This document shows, piece by piece, positions 54,635-64,000 of a stretch of DNA of 64,000 nucleotides. This DNA is from Pachysolen tannophilus NRRL Y-2460 (lineage: Eukaryota). Position numbers and translations under genes: made by a program. How positions within the stretch are numbered: position 1 is the stretch's first letter; every line of letters begins with the position of its first letter. The notes under the pieces were generated by a model. The model ran no database searches, had not been told where the DNA came from, and was given only the letters and a program-made list of their open reading frames with translations. Location of the stretch: assembly GCA_001661245.1 (NCBI GenBank), contig KV454016.1, forward strand, positions 433,381 to 497,380. The letters are read 5' to 3'.

Positions 54635-56369
54635 TTTTTTTTTGCAGTTGATGAAGAAGGAGATTTGATTAGTTGGTTCATGCTCAGATCCAGTAATTGG
54701 TTGCTGGGTGGTTTAATGCAACTGAATCAGAACTTTCGTAGAACTGCAATTGACCGGTTAAAAAAAGTGGTACATATGGTTAATTATAAGATGGTACCTG
54801 AAGTAAAGTTAGTCAATTTGTCTGTTTTTCGTTGTATTTTTTTTTTTTCTTCTTTTTTGTTGATACACATATACTAACGTTTTCCAATAATTTTTTTTTT
54901 TCAGAGGTGATATCGGTCTTATTGGATTGGCCGTTATGGGTCAAAATTTGATCTTAAATGCTGCTGACCACGGATATACAGTTGTTGCTTTCAACAGAAC
55001 AGTTTCTAAAGTTGACCATTTCTTGGCAAATGAAGCCAAGGGCAAATCAATCATTGGTGCTCATTCTGTTGAAGAATTAGTTGCCAACTTGAAAAGACCA
55101 AGAAGAATTATTTTGTTGGTCAAGGCAGGAGCTGCAGTTGATGCATTTATTCAAAGTTTACTTCCTCATTTGGAGAAAGGTGATATCATCATTGATGGAG
55201 GTAACTCCCATTTCCCAGACACTAACCGTCGTTTTGAAGAGTTGAAGGAACAAGGTATTTTGTTTGTTGGTTCTGGTGTTTCTGGTGGTGAAGAAGGTGC
55301 TAGATATGGTCCTTCATTGATGCCAGGTGGTCATAAAGATGCTTGGCCACATATTAAGGAAATTTTCCAAGCCATTGCTGCCAAGTCTGATGGTGAGCCA
55401 TGTTGTGATTGGGTTGGTGATGCAGGTGCTGGTCATTACGTTAAAATGGTTCACAATGGTATTGAATATGGTGATATGCAATTGATTTGTGAAGCTTACG
55501 ATTTATTAAAAAGAGTTGGTGGTTTTGAAGATAAAGAAATTTCTGATATTTTTGCCAAATGGAATAAAGGTGTTTTAGATTCCTTTTTAATTGAAATTTC
55601 TAGAGATATTTTGAAATACAATGATACCGATGGAACTCCATTGGTTGAAAAAATCTTGGATACTGCAGGTCAAAAGGGTACTGGTAAATGGACTGCCATC
55701 AATGCTTTAGATTTAGGTATGCCAGTTACCTTAATTGGAGAGGCTGTCTTTGCAAGATGTTTATCTGCTATAAAATCTGAACGTACTAGAGCTTCAAAAG
55801 TTTTGGGAGGACCAACGATTCCTAAAGATGCAATCAAGGATAAACAAGCTTTTGTTGATGAATTGGAACAAGCCTTATACGCTTCCAAGATTATCTCATA
55901 TGCTCAAGGTTTCATGTTGATTAGAGAAGCAGCCAGAGATTACAAATGGGATTTGAATTTCCCATCCATCGCTTTAATGTGGAGAGGTGGTTGTATTATT
56001 AGATCTGTCTTTTTAGGTGAAATCACAGCAGCATACCGTCAACACCCAGATTTGGAAAACTTGTTGTTCCATCCTTTCTTCAACAACGCCATCACCAAGG
56101 CCCAATCTGGCTGGAGATCAACAGTCTCAAAGGCTGTCCAATACGGTGTTCCAACTCCTGCATTCTCCACTGCCTTGGCCTTCTACGACGGTTACAGATC
56201 AGAAAGATTACCTGCAAACTTATTACAAGCACAAAGAGATTACTTTGGAGCCCACACTTTCCAAGTCTTACCAGAAGCTGCTAATGACCACTTGAAGGTT
56301 GGTAGCAACATCCACGTAAACTGGACTGGTAAAGGTGGTAACGTCTCGGCAAGTAGCTACGAAGCTTAA
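54437..56369 (+). CDS. GND1: 6-phosphogluconate dehydrogenase; join(54437..54450,54905..56369)
   Basis: Spliced start MSAPK-GDIGLIGLAVMGQNLILN; GSGVSGGEEGARYGP, VKMVHNGIEYGDMQ, QAQRDYFGAHT. Confidence 0.95.
54451..54904 (+). other. Spliceosomal intron of GND1 (454 nt)
   Basis: GTATGT 54451, TACTAAC 54872-54878, CAG 54902-54904; frame restored on removal. Confidence 0.92.
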
Positions 56370-57361
56370 AAAAAGAAAATGATGAGAAATCTTGCATATA
56401 TATATATATAAATATATATATATATGAATGAATATGCACCCGTAAATAAACAGGAATTACTTAACCTTTTTTTTTTTTTTTTTTTTATTCTTTTTTTTTC
56501 TATATAATATTATATTATTACTCTTAGTTCCTTGCCTTCCTTTAGCGATAAATTAAATTATTAAGATGTTCATCCTTTTTATCAATGATAATTATGTTTT
56601 TATAATCAATCATATCTTGTCCACATTACTAACTCAACAATATGTATGTACGTATGTCTGTATGTATGTACATACGTATATCATGATTAGTACCGAAATC
56701 GATGGACCCCTCACAAAAGACGACATTTTGTGATTTTTCAATTTTTTTTTTTTTTTTCGAGATTTTTCCACCGCACAAATTCTGCGGGAAACTTGTCTTT
56801 CGGGGGAAAATCACTCTGCAAACCGGATAGACATCTTACTCAAAAGAAAAAAAGAGAAAAAAAAAAAAAAAACTACCTCTGAGTATCCGGACATCCCGTC
56901 TATCTGCTTTCCCGCCAGCTTGCCGCCTGTCTCTGTGTCTCTCTTTCGGCCACATCTCCGTCCACTTTTTTTTTTTCTTTATTTCCTTATTAGCACTAAA
57001 GTGCAGTAGCAGCAAAAATGAAAATAAAATAAAAAAGTGTGTGTTCTGTGTCCGAATAGTGCGGGCCTCTCTTTATTGACGTTTTGGACACATCATCAGA
57101 ACTATGATTTTTTCAGCGGTACTTATAAATTTGAGATACGTATACTTTTTAATATATATATATATATATATAAGTTAAATCATATTTTTAAAAACAAAAA
57201 ACAAAAGGCAATTTCTCTTGTATTTCCATTAATATTTAGTTGTTAGTGGATTAATTCGTTGGCGTTTAATTTTTTATTTTTTGTACTTGATTTTTATTTG
57301 GGTGTTTTTAATTTAAAATTGTCTTTGATTTGTTTGTAATAAATCATCCATCGTATATATA

Positions 57362-59350
57362 ATGTTTAACGTTAACCGCTGTTTGTTGACGGTGGCCGTT
57401 GCGCTATATGCTGTTTTGTTGATAGTTCTCCCATTATCCTCGCAGCAAGTCCAGGCTGATGAGGTTGAAAACTATGGGACGGTGATTGGTATTGATTTGG
57501 GTACCACTTATTCTTGTGTTGGTGTTATGAAATCAGGTAAGGTTGAAATTTTAGCTAATGATCAAGGTAATAGAATAACTCCATCTTATGTTGCTTTTAC
57601 AAAAGATGAGAGATTGGTTGGTGATGCTGCAAAGAATCAGGCTGCTTCGAATCCTAAAAACACTGTTTTCGATATCAAGAGATTGATTGGTTTGAAGTTT
57701 AATGATAAATCGGTTCAAAAAGATTTAGCTCATTATCCGTTCACAGTTGTTAATCAAGGTGGTAAACCAGTGGTTGAAGTTGAAGTAAATGGTAAGGATA
57801 GAACTTTTACTCCAGAAGAAATTTCTGGTATGATCTTGGGTAAAATGAAACAAATTGCTGAAGATTATTTAGGTAAACCTGTAACTCATGCTGTTGTCAC
57901 TGTCCCTGCATATTTCAACGATGCTCAACGTCAAGCCACCAAAGATGCCGGTACCATTGCTGGATTAAACGTCTTACGTATTGTCAATGAACCTACTGCC
58001 GCTGCAATTGCCTACGGTTTAGATAAGACCGATAAGGAAAAGCAAATCATTGTTTATGATTTGGGTGGAGGTACTTTTGATGTTTCTTTATTAACTATTG
58101 AAGGTGGTGTCTTTGAAGTTTTGGCCACAGCTGGTGATACCCATCTTGGTGGTCAAGATTTTGATTTCAGAGTTGTTAGACATTTCGTTAAAATTTTTAA
58201 GAAAAAGCATGGAATTGATATCACCGATAATGCAAAAGCTGTTAGTAAATTAAAACGTGAAGTAGAAAAGGCAAAACGTACATTATCTTCTCAAATGTCA
58301 ACTAGAATTGAAATTGATTCATTTGTTGATGGTATTGATTTCTCTGAAACTTTAACCAGAGCTAAATTTGAAGAATTGAATATACAATTATTTAAAAATA
58401 CATTGAAACCAGTTGAACAAGTCTTAAAAGATGCTGGTGTTAAAAAGGAAGATATTGATGATATTGTACTTGTTGGTGGTTCCACAAGAATTCCAAAAGT
58501 TCAAGAATTGTTGGAATCATTCTTTAACAATAAAAAGGCTTCCAAAGGTATTAACCCTGATGAAGCTGTTGCTTATGGTGCTGCTGTACAAGCAGGTGTC
58601 TTGTCAGGTGAAGAAGGTGCTGATGATATTGTCTTATTAGATGTTAACCCATTGACTTTAGGTATTGAAACAACTGGTGGTGTTATGACTACTTTAATTG
58701 GTAGAAACACTGTTATTCCAACAAAGAAGAGTCAAATTTTCTCAACAGCAGCTGATAATCAACCAACTGTTTTAATTCAAGTTTATGAAGGTGAAAGAGC
58801 TTTAGCTAAGGATAATAACTTGTTAGGTAAGTTTGAATTGACTGGTATTCCACCAGCTCCAAGAGGTGTTCCACAAATTGAAGTCACATTTGTATTGGAT
58901 GCAAATGGTATCTTAAAAGTTTCTGCCACCGATAAAGGTACTGGTAAGAGTGAAGAAATTACTATTACAAATGATAAAGGTAGATTATCAAAAGATGAAA
59001 TTGAAAGAATGGTTGAAGAAGCTGAAAAATACAAGAAAGAAGATGAAGCTGTTAGAGAAAAAATCTTGGCTAAAAATTCATTAGAAAATCTTGTTTCTCA
59101 ATTGAAAACAGCTGAATGGTTGGAAAAAATTGATGAAGAAGATAAAGAAGCTTTAAATGATGCTATTTCAGAAACTGAAGAATGGTTGGATGATAATGAA
59201 GATGCTACTAAAGAAGAATACGATGAACAAAAAGATAAATTGAACAAAGTTTCAAGTAAGATTGCCGAAAAATTATACGGCGGTGCTGGTGGACCACCTG
59301 ATGAAGATGATGAAGATTTCGATGACGATTATGATCATGATGAATTGTGA
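57362..59350 (+). CDS. KAR2: ER Hsp70 chaperone BiP
   Basis: Signal peptide, [13 protein letters not shown], Hsp70 motifs, C-terminal HDEL. Confidence 0.97.
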   Translation: MFNVNRCLLTVAVALYAVLLIVLPLSSQQVQADEVENYGTVIGIDLGTTYSCVGVMKSGKVEILANDQGNRITPSYVAFTKDERLVGDAAKNQAASNPKNTVFDIKRLIGLKFNDKSVQKDLAHYPFTVVNQGGKPVVEVEVNGKDRTFTPEEISGMILGKMKQIAEDYLGKPVTHAVVTVPAYFNDAQRQATKDAGTIAGLNVLRIVNEPTAAAIAYGLDKTDKEKQIIVYDLGGGTFDVSLLTIEGGVFEVLATAGDTHLGGQDFDFRVVRHFVKIFKKKHGIDITDNAKAVSKLKREVEKAKRTLSSQMSTRIEIDSFVDGIDFSETLTRAKFEELNIQLFKNTLKPVEQVLKDAGVKKEDIDDIVLVGGSTRIPKVQELLESFFNNKKASKGINPDEAVAYGAAVQAGVLSGEEGADDIVLLDVNPLTLGIETTGGVMTTLIGRNTVIPTKKSQIFSTAADNQPTVLIQVYEGERALAKDNNLLGKFELTGIPPAPRGVPQIEVTFVLDANGILKVSATDKGTGKSEEITITNDKGRLSKDEIERMVEEAEKYKKEDEAVREKILAKNSLENLVSQLKTAEWLEKIDEEDKEALNDAISETEEWLDDNEDATKEEYDEQKDKLNKVSSKIAEKLYGGAGGPPDEDDEDFDDDYDHDEL

Positions 59351-59876
59351 TTAAAATTTTTAAAATATCACTTAGCTCTGATTGAAACTTGGAAATGAAA
59401 AAGAATTTGAAATAAAAAATAAAAAAATTGAATTATATTTCAAAGAAAAAGAGGTCTTTTTTTTGTAAATTTTTTTGTATTGTTCTCATTTTTATATATT
59501 ATATATATATATTATCTTCTTTTTTACCCTTCTCTTCTTCTTTGATTTACTATATATTTTCTTGTTTTCTTAATAGTCCATATAATTTTTTTACAGTTTG
59601 TTCATAATTCTTATATATATATATATAATTACTAGATAGCAAGAATTCAATAATCAGTTACAAAAATTGTTGATTATATATCTAAAACCATGATAAACTT
59701 CAATTTCAATTTCAACTTCAACTTCTTCTTTCTTCATTTAACTTATAAATTCTGTCGTGTAGATCTTTGTAAGTTTCTCTATCAGACAAGCCACATTTTG
59801 ATAACATCTTTAAATATATATATATATATCATCAAATTGGCAGTGTAGGAAGATATTGTTATCTTGATCAGATCTC

Positions 59877-61712
59877 ATGTCATCCAATAACGCTAAAGGT
59901 AAAGGTAAAGTGAAAGTTGGAGTTGGAGCTGGAGTTGAAAATAGTGATGGGCTAGGGAATTTGGTAATGCTACAGCCTGGAAGTATGAAGAAAACAACAA
60001 ACAATTCTTTTAACCCAAACAAGTCTAAAGCTGAAATAGAACAGTTGGGTATAACTTGTTATAACGATAATGAAGCGGATAATTTATTGCAGCTAGATGT
60101 TGTCGATGATGGTGAAGACTCAAGTACGGATAATAGTGATGGAGAGGAGTCCAGTCAAATGTCTTTGTTTGGTACTACCACTACTACTACTTCTACTAGT
60201 GAGGATGAGTTTATTGTGTTGGGAAAAAATGATAATACAAAATTGGATACTATTGAAAATAGTGATACCAGAAAGGTTTCTTCTGGGTCTTTGAATGGGA
60301 ATTTGAGACCATTTAATCTAAGACTGTCTTCTCAATTACAATTACAACAATTTGATTTTAATTTTTTCCTTAATCAATTAAAAGTGAAAAATTGTGAACC
60401 GATTTTGAAATATATTAAATCTTTTTTAACTCAATTTCAAAAAAAAAATTGGAATGTCGATGAACAAGTTAAATTGATTAAAGATTTTGAAAAATTCATA
60501 TATGAAAAGATAATTACCATTAGACCTTTCAATGAGTATCATGAACGATATCAATTGGATAATATAAAAGAAGGTTTTGAAAAATTAATAACAACAAGAG
60601 TTTACAGGCAAATTTTCTCTCCAGTGATACCAAAAAAGAATCTTTCTGAAAAACATCAACAAGAAGATTTGCTTGTAGATTTGAAATTGAAACAAAATCT
60701 TTCTAGATTCAAATGGTTAGAGCCAAGACACTTGGATTTGCCTGAATCATTAATCACTGATGGATCATCTGTTTCATTTATTAAATCAAGTGTTGAAGAG
60801 TTGAACAAGTTAAATAAATATAGATCACCAAGAGATAAGATAATTTGCTTTTTGAATTGTTGTAAATTGATATTCATTCTCATCAGGCAACAATATCAGA
60901 AAAATAAATTAACAGAGAATGCTGATTCTTTAATTCCGGCTACTATATACGTTATTTTACAAGCTCAGCCAAAATATTTGTTTTCAAATTTAAATTATAT
61001 TGAAAGGTTCAGAAATGAAGCATTTTTACAAGGAGAGCCTTTGTACTATATAAGTACAATGAAATGTGCTTGTAATTTTTTAATAGATATCACAAAGGGA
61101 TCCCTAACAATTGATGAAGAAGAATATAATACAAAATTAAAGGAGGCTGAATTAAAAATAGCTGAAGATAAAATGGCAACGGTAGAGAAAATGAAAAACA
61201 AGACCGATTCTGAACTGGAAAATCAAAGTTCTATTTTGGGATTGTTGCCACAACAGTTCAATAATTTATCCCCACTAAATAATTTGAATCAAGAAACTCC
61301 TGCTACCCAATTTCTTTCGGATCAAGCTGAAATATTACAACAAAAATTATCGAATTTAAATTTAGGCAGTCAAAATAATTTGTTTTCAAATTTTTCAAAT
61401 CTTGTTAACAAATTTGGAAATACTCCATTGTTAGCATCTTCACCTTCATCCTCTTCTTCTTCAAATTCTTCACATTCTTCATCGTCATCTTCGCTTTCAT
61501 CAATTGGTCAATCTAATGGAGCATCTAATTACAGGCAGTACCAAGAACAAGATCAAGATCCTTTAGAACTGAATCATGTTTCTCAGCAGCTTATTGATGA
61601 CGTATCAGCCATGTTTCCTGATTTAGATAAAAATATTGTTGGTGATATTGTTGCTACGAAAGGTGGAAATATTGGAGAATGTGTTGATTTTTGTTTAGAA
61701 TTACAAGGTTGA
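59877..61712 (+). CDS. VPS9: Rab5 GEF with VPS9 domain and C-terminal CUE domain
   Basis: FDFNFFLNQLK, YRSPRDKIICFLNCCKLIF, NADSLIP, SNLNYIERFR; CUE-like MFPDLDKNIVGDIV...IGECVDFCL. Confidence 0.88.
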   Translation: MSSNNAKGKGKVKVGVGAGVENSDGLGNLVMLQPGSMKKTTNNSFNPNKSKAEIEQLGITCYNDNEADNLLQLDVVDDGEDSSTDNSDGEESSQMSLFGTTTTTTSTSEDEFIVLGKNDNTKLDTIENSDTRKVSSGSLNGNLRPFNLRLSSQLQLQQFDFNFFLNQLKVKNCEPILKYIKSFLTQFQKKNWNVDEQVKLIKDFEKFIYEKIITIRPFNEYHERYQLDNIKEGFEKLITTRVYRQIFSPVIPKKNLSEKHQQEDLLVDLKLKQNLSRFKWLEPRHLDLPESLITDGSSVSFIKSSVEELNKLNKYRSPRDKIICFLNCCKLIFILIRQQYQKNKLTENADSLIPATIYVILQAQPKYLFSNLNYIERFRNEAFLQGEPLYYISTMKCACNFLIDITKGSLTIDEEEYNTKLKEAELKIAEDKMATVEKMKNKTDSELENQSSILGLLPQQFNNLSPLNNLNQETPATQFLSDQAEILQQKLSNLNLGSQNNLFSNFSNLVNKFGNTPLLASSPSSSSSSNSSHSSSSSSLSSIGQSNGASNYRQYQEQDQDPLELNHVSQQLIDDVSAMFPDLDKNIVGDIVATKGGNIGECVDFCLELQG

Positions 61713-61796
61713 AAAATAAATATAATACATATTTCTACATAAACTAATCTTTCCGTTTTATGAATATTCCTCAAAACTTTATACTTTGATTATTCA

Positions 61797-63332
61797 TTAT
61801 TTCATCTTTAATCCCAAATCAGCGATCATACATAAATGGTCGCTTGCGTACATGCCTTCTCTTGGTTGACCACTAGGCTCAGGACCCATCTCTTGAGGAA
61901 GCGGCATTTTTAATAAACCTTTTATCTCAATATCATTTTCCATTTCAAACTTTTCCAAATCATCTACGTTTTTGCAATCCTCCTTCAAATCCCAATGTTT
62001 AACAACAAAAATATAGTCTAATAATCCTCTCCATGCATGAGCCCAATTACTGAAAATAGGTTCACCTTTATTATTATCTGTATTTTCTCCATGAACATAC
62101 TTATATGCAACTGAATAGAGAGATATGACTCTCATATCCAAAGAATTGTGTAAATTCGTAACATCTTGAACCATTTGCTGTTGTTCAGGAGTAGCTTTAA
62201 AACTCTCAGGAACTGGATCTTTTGGTTGATTTTCTCCAACTAATTCAATATTTTCCTCTTTTTCTTCATCAATCCCAGTACCTCTCAATTGTGAAAATTG
62301 AAACGCAGTAGAACAAGATATCACGGTCCTGCACCTACTATCATACGATACAGGTTTTTCCGTTATCGACAAGTATGGAGCATCATACGGCTGTGAATTG
62401 AAATCTCCTGCTGCAAACTTGAACCAACATTCGTCTGTGGTCTGATGCAAAACGTTGACTCTATGAATAAATTCTTTATATTTCTTTAACATAATATAAG
62501 TCTGTAATGTTCTTGTGAATGTTCCAAAAGGATGCCAAAACAAATGAGTAGTGAAAACCATACATCCTTTCTTTGTGGACTTGGGAAACTGTCTTTTAAT
62601 TGAATCTTGAAATTCCAATGCCAATATCAATCCAACGTTTGTTGATAAGGTAACTTGCTCAACATTTCCAGTACTTTCTTTATCATAATCTATGTGACAA
62701 ATATCAATGCACTTGAACAAATCTGATCTATAAAAAATTGCAATTCCATGATTCTTCACTCCACTTCTATAATATTGATTGTCATAACCCAAATTTTTCA
62801 TTCTTTCTTTCCAAAAAGAATTATATTGCGTAAAATCAACTTCTTGAAGACATAGTATATCGCAATTATAGTACTTTAACTCATTCAATAAAACTTGGGA
62901 TCTTCTAGACCATTTCAACGCATTCCCATTTGTCGGGAATAACGTCCGACGAATTAAAGCTTGAGCTAATAAATTGTATGTCATGATTTTAACATTCAAA
63001 TTCTCAATGCCCTTTTCATCATCATCTTTTCCACGGTTCGGATGAGGAATTGGTAAAACATTCCTTGTGATAAATCGTAAATAATCAGGAGTATCTATCT
63101 GAGAAATATCAATACCTTTGGCAACCATCTCAGCCAATTTTTTTTCCTTGGCAGCATTCCGAAGAGCTCTCTGTTGCTCTATGTATTCCGGTGTCAAAGT
63201 TTCTGGTCTTCTTTTACCATTTTTCTTTTGTTTCTGCTTGTCTTTTTTATTACCCTTTTGAACCGCTACAACTTCATTATCAATTGATGAATCCTGCAGA
63301 GCATCAGCAATTCCATTCACACCTTGGTTCAT
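61797..63332 (-). CDS. NGL2: CCR4-like EEP nuclease (Ngl2/Ngl3 type)
   Basis: IMTYNLLAQALIRRTLFP, CLQEVD, TTHLFWHPFGTF, GDFNSQP, FSNWAHAWRGLLDYIF, SDHLC. Confidence 0.85.
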   Translation of the reverse strand: MNQGVNGIADALQDSSIDNEVVAVQKGNKKDKQKQKKNGKRRPETLTPEYIEQQRALRNAAKEKKLAEMVAKGIDISQIDTPDYLRFITRNVLPIPHPNRGKDDDEKGIENLNVKIMTYNLLAQALIRRTLFPTNGNALKWSRRSQVLLNELKYYNCDILCLQEVDFTQYNSFWKERMKNLGYDNQYYRSGVKNHGIAIFYRSDLFKCIDICHIDYDKESTGNVEQVTLSTNVGLILALEFQDSIKRQFPKSTKKGCMVFTTHLFWHPFGTFTRTLQTYIMLKKYKEFIHRVNVLHQTTDECWFKFAAGDFNSQPYDAPYLSITEKPVSYDSRCRTVISCSTAFQFSQLRGTGIDEEKEENIELVGENQPKDPVPESFKATPEQQQMVQDVTNLHNSLDMRVISLYSVAYKYVHGENTDNNKGEPIFSNWAHAWRGLLDYIFVVKHWDLKEDCKNVDDLEKFEMENDIEIKGLLKMPLPQEMGPEPSGQPREGMYASDHLCMIADLGLKMK

Positions 63333-63680
63333 TCCTGAATTCTAGTAACTCTACTGTAGAAATATGAAAAGAAAATAAATTATAATACAATAAAATTACA
63401 ACGTCTTTTTAAACTATGTGAAAAAAAATGAAAAAAAAAAAAAAAAATGATAAAGAGAAAAATTGCATCTTAAAATCACATCTTTTAACCAATCGATAAG
63501 TTTTCAAAGGTTTAAAAAAATGCTTACAATCATCATCTACCGCTTTTATCTATTGGGATAGGGGAAGAGACATGACATATTTATATTAGAGAAGATCATT
63601 GAACAGAAATTACAAAAAAGAATTATGCAAAGTATTTGCATAAAATGATATAAAACAAAAGAAAATAAACCATAAGTTCG

Positions 63681-64000
63681 CTAGCTATTTTTCTGTAGCC
63701 TTGCTAAGGCTTCTAGCAAGTTAGCAGTATTAGCTTGTCCTCCCTGTTGACGATTCCTACTGTTTTGAGGTTGTTGTGGAAGAGGAGGTTGCTGCTGGTA
63801 GCCACCATACAGCTGATTTTGTGGAGGAGGAGGAGTAGGTTGCTGGTAACCACTGTATTGTTGAGGAGCTTGCAGTTGTTGATAACCACCATATTGCTGT
63901 TGTGGAGGTTGCGGCAGCAGCTGGTTATAGCCGCCAAAATTCTGTTGCGGATGACCTTGAGGAGGAGATTGCTGAGACTGTAATAAAGATAAGACACTCT
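63681..64000 (-). CDS. NAB3: 3' end of a Nab3-like RNA-binding protein (Q/P/Y/G-rich low-complexity tail); partial
   Basis: Hand translation: SVLSLLQSQQSPPQ...YGGYQQ...ANTANLLEALARLQKNS* (TAG 63683-63681), resembling the Nab3 terminal helix SLLDSLAKLQK. The ORF track reads other frames here. Confidence 0.7.
   Translation of the reverse strand, partial: SVLSLLQSQQSPPQGHPQQNFGGYNQLLPQPPQQQYGGYQQLQAPQQYSGYQQPTPPPPQNQLYGGYQQQPPLPQQPQNSRNRQQGGQANTANLLEALARLQKNS

Noticed and set aside
54581..54877. 98-aa ORF inside the GND1 intron
   Set aside because: TTG start, built partly from (TA)n and poly-T, no recognisable motif; RNA structure explains the sequence better.
63713..63997. ORF-track calls at the right edge (94 aa on -, 82 aa on +)
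   Set aside because: Alternative frames of the Nab3-like C-terminus, which ends at TAG 63683-63681.

Overview
AT-rich, gene-dense budding-yeast (Saccharomycotina) nuclear DNA with about 32 protein-coding genes, spliceosomal introns (GTATGT...TACTAAC...YAG) and long synteny with S. cerevisiae neighbourhoods (EGD1-MET31-YPL039W-ISM1-MRX11-SSN3; ERG10-SUV3; PRP28/SEC26/MRPL7/FMN1/PRP42; TAD2-SNX4-KAR2). CTG codons fall on conserved Ala positions, so the organism appears to use the CUG=Ala code (Pachysolen-like) and the supplied translations are wrong at CTG. The main anomaly is two clean internal inversions that scramble three normally essential genes. A ~1.14 kb inversion (~24823-25966) flips the middle of SEC26 (beta-COP), with one breakpoint at an exon/intron boundary. 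A ~0.71 kb inversion (~31855-32563) flips the GLE1/FMN1 divergent promoter together with the GLE1 5' third and the FMN1 start codon. Re-inverting each segment restores full-length in-frame genes with no gain or loss of bases. I cannot tell from sequence alone whether these are biological or assembly/processing artefacts. Other highlights: an snR58-like box C/D snoRNA in the HEM3 intron, a strongly structured double hairpin in the GND1 intron, an atypical CX2C-X21-CX2C GATA factor, and a G-skewed GC island upstream of ERG10. No tRNA, rRNA, CRISPR or transposon was recognised. Gene names come from recalled motifs and synteny, not from database searches.
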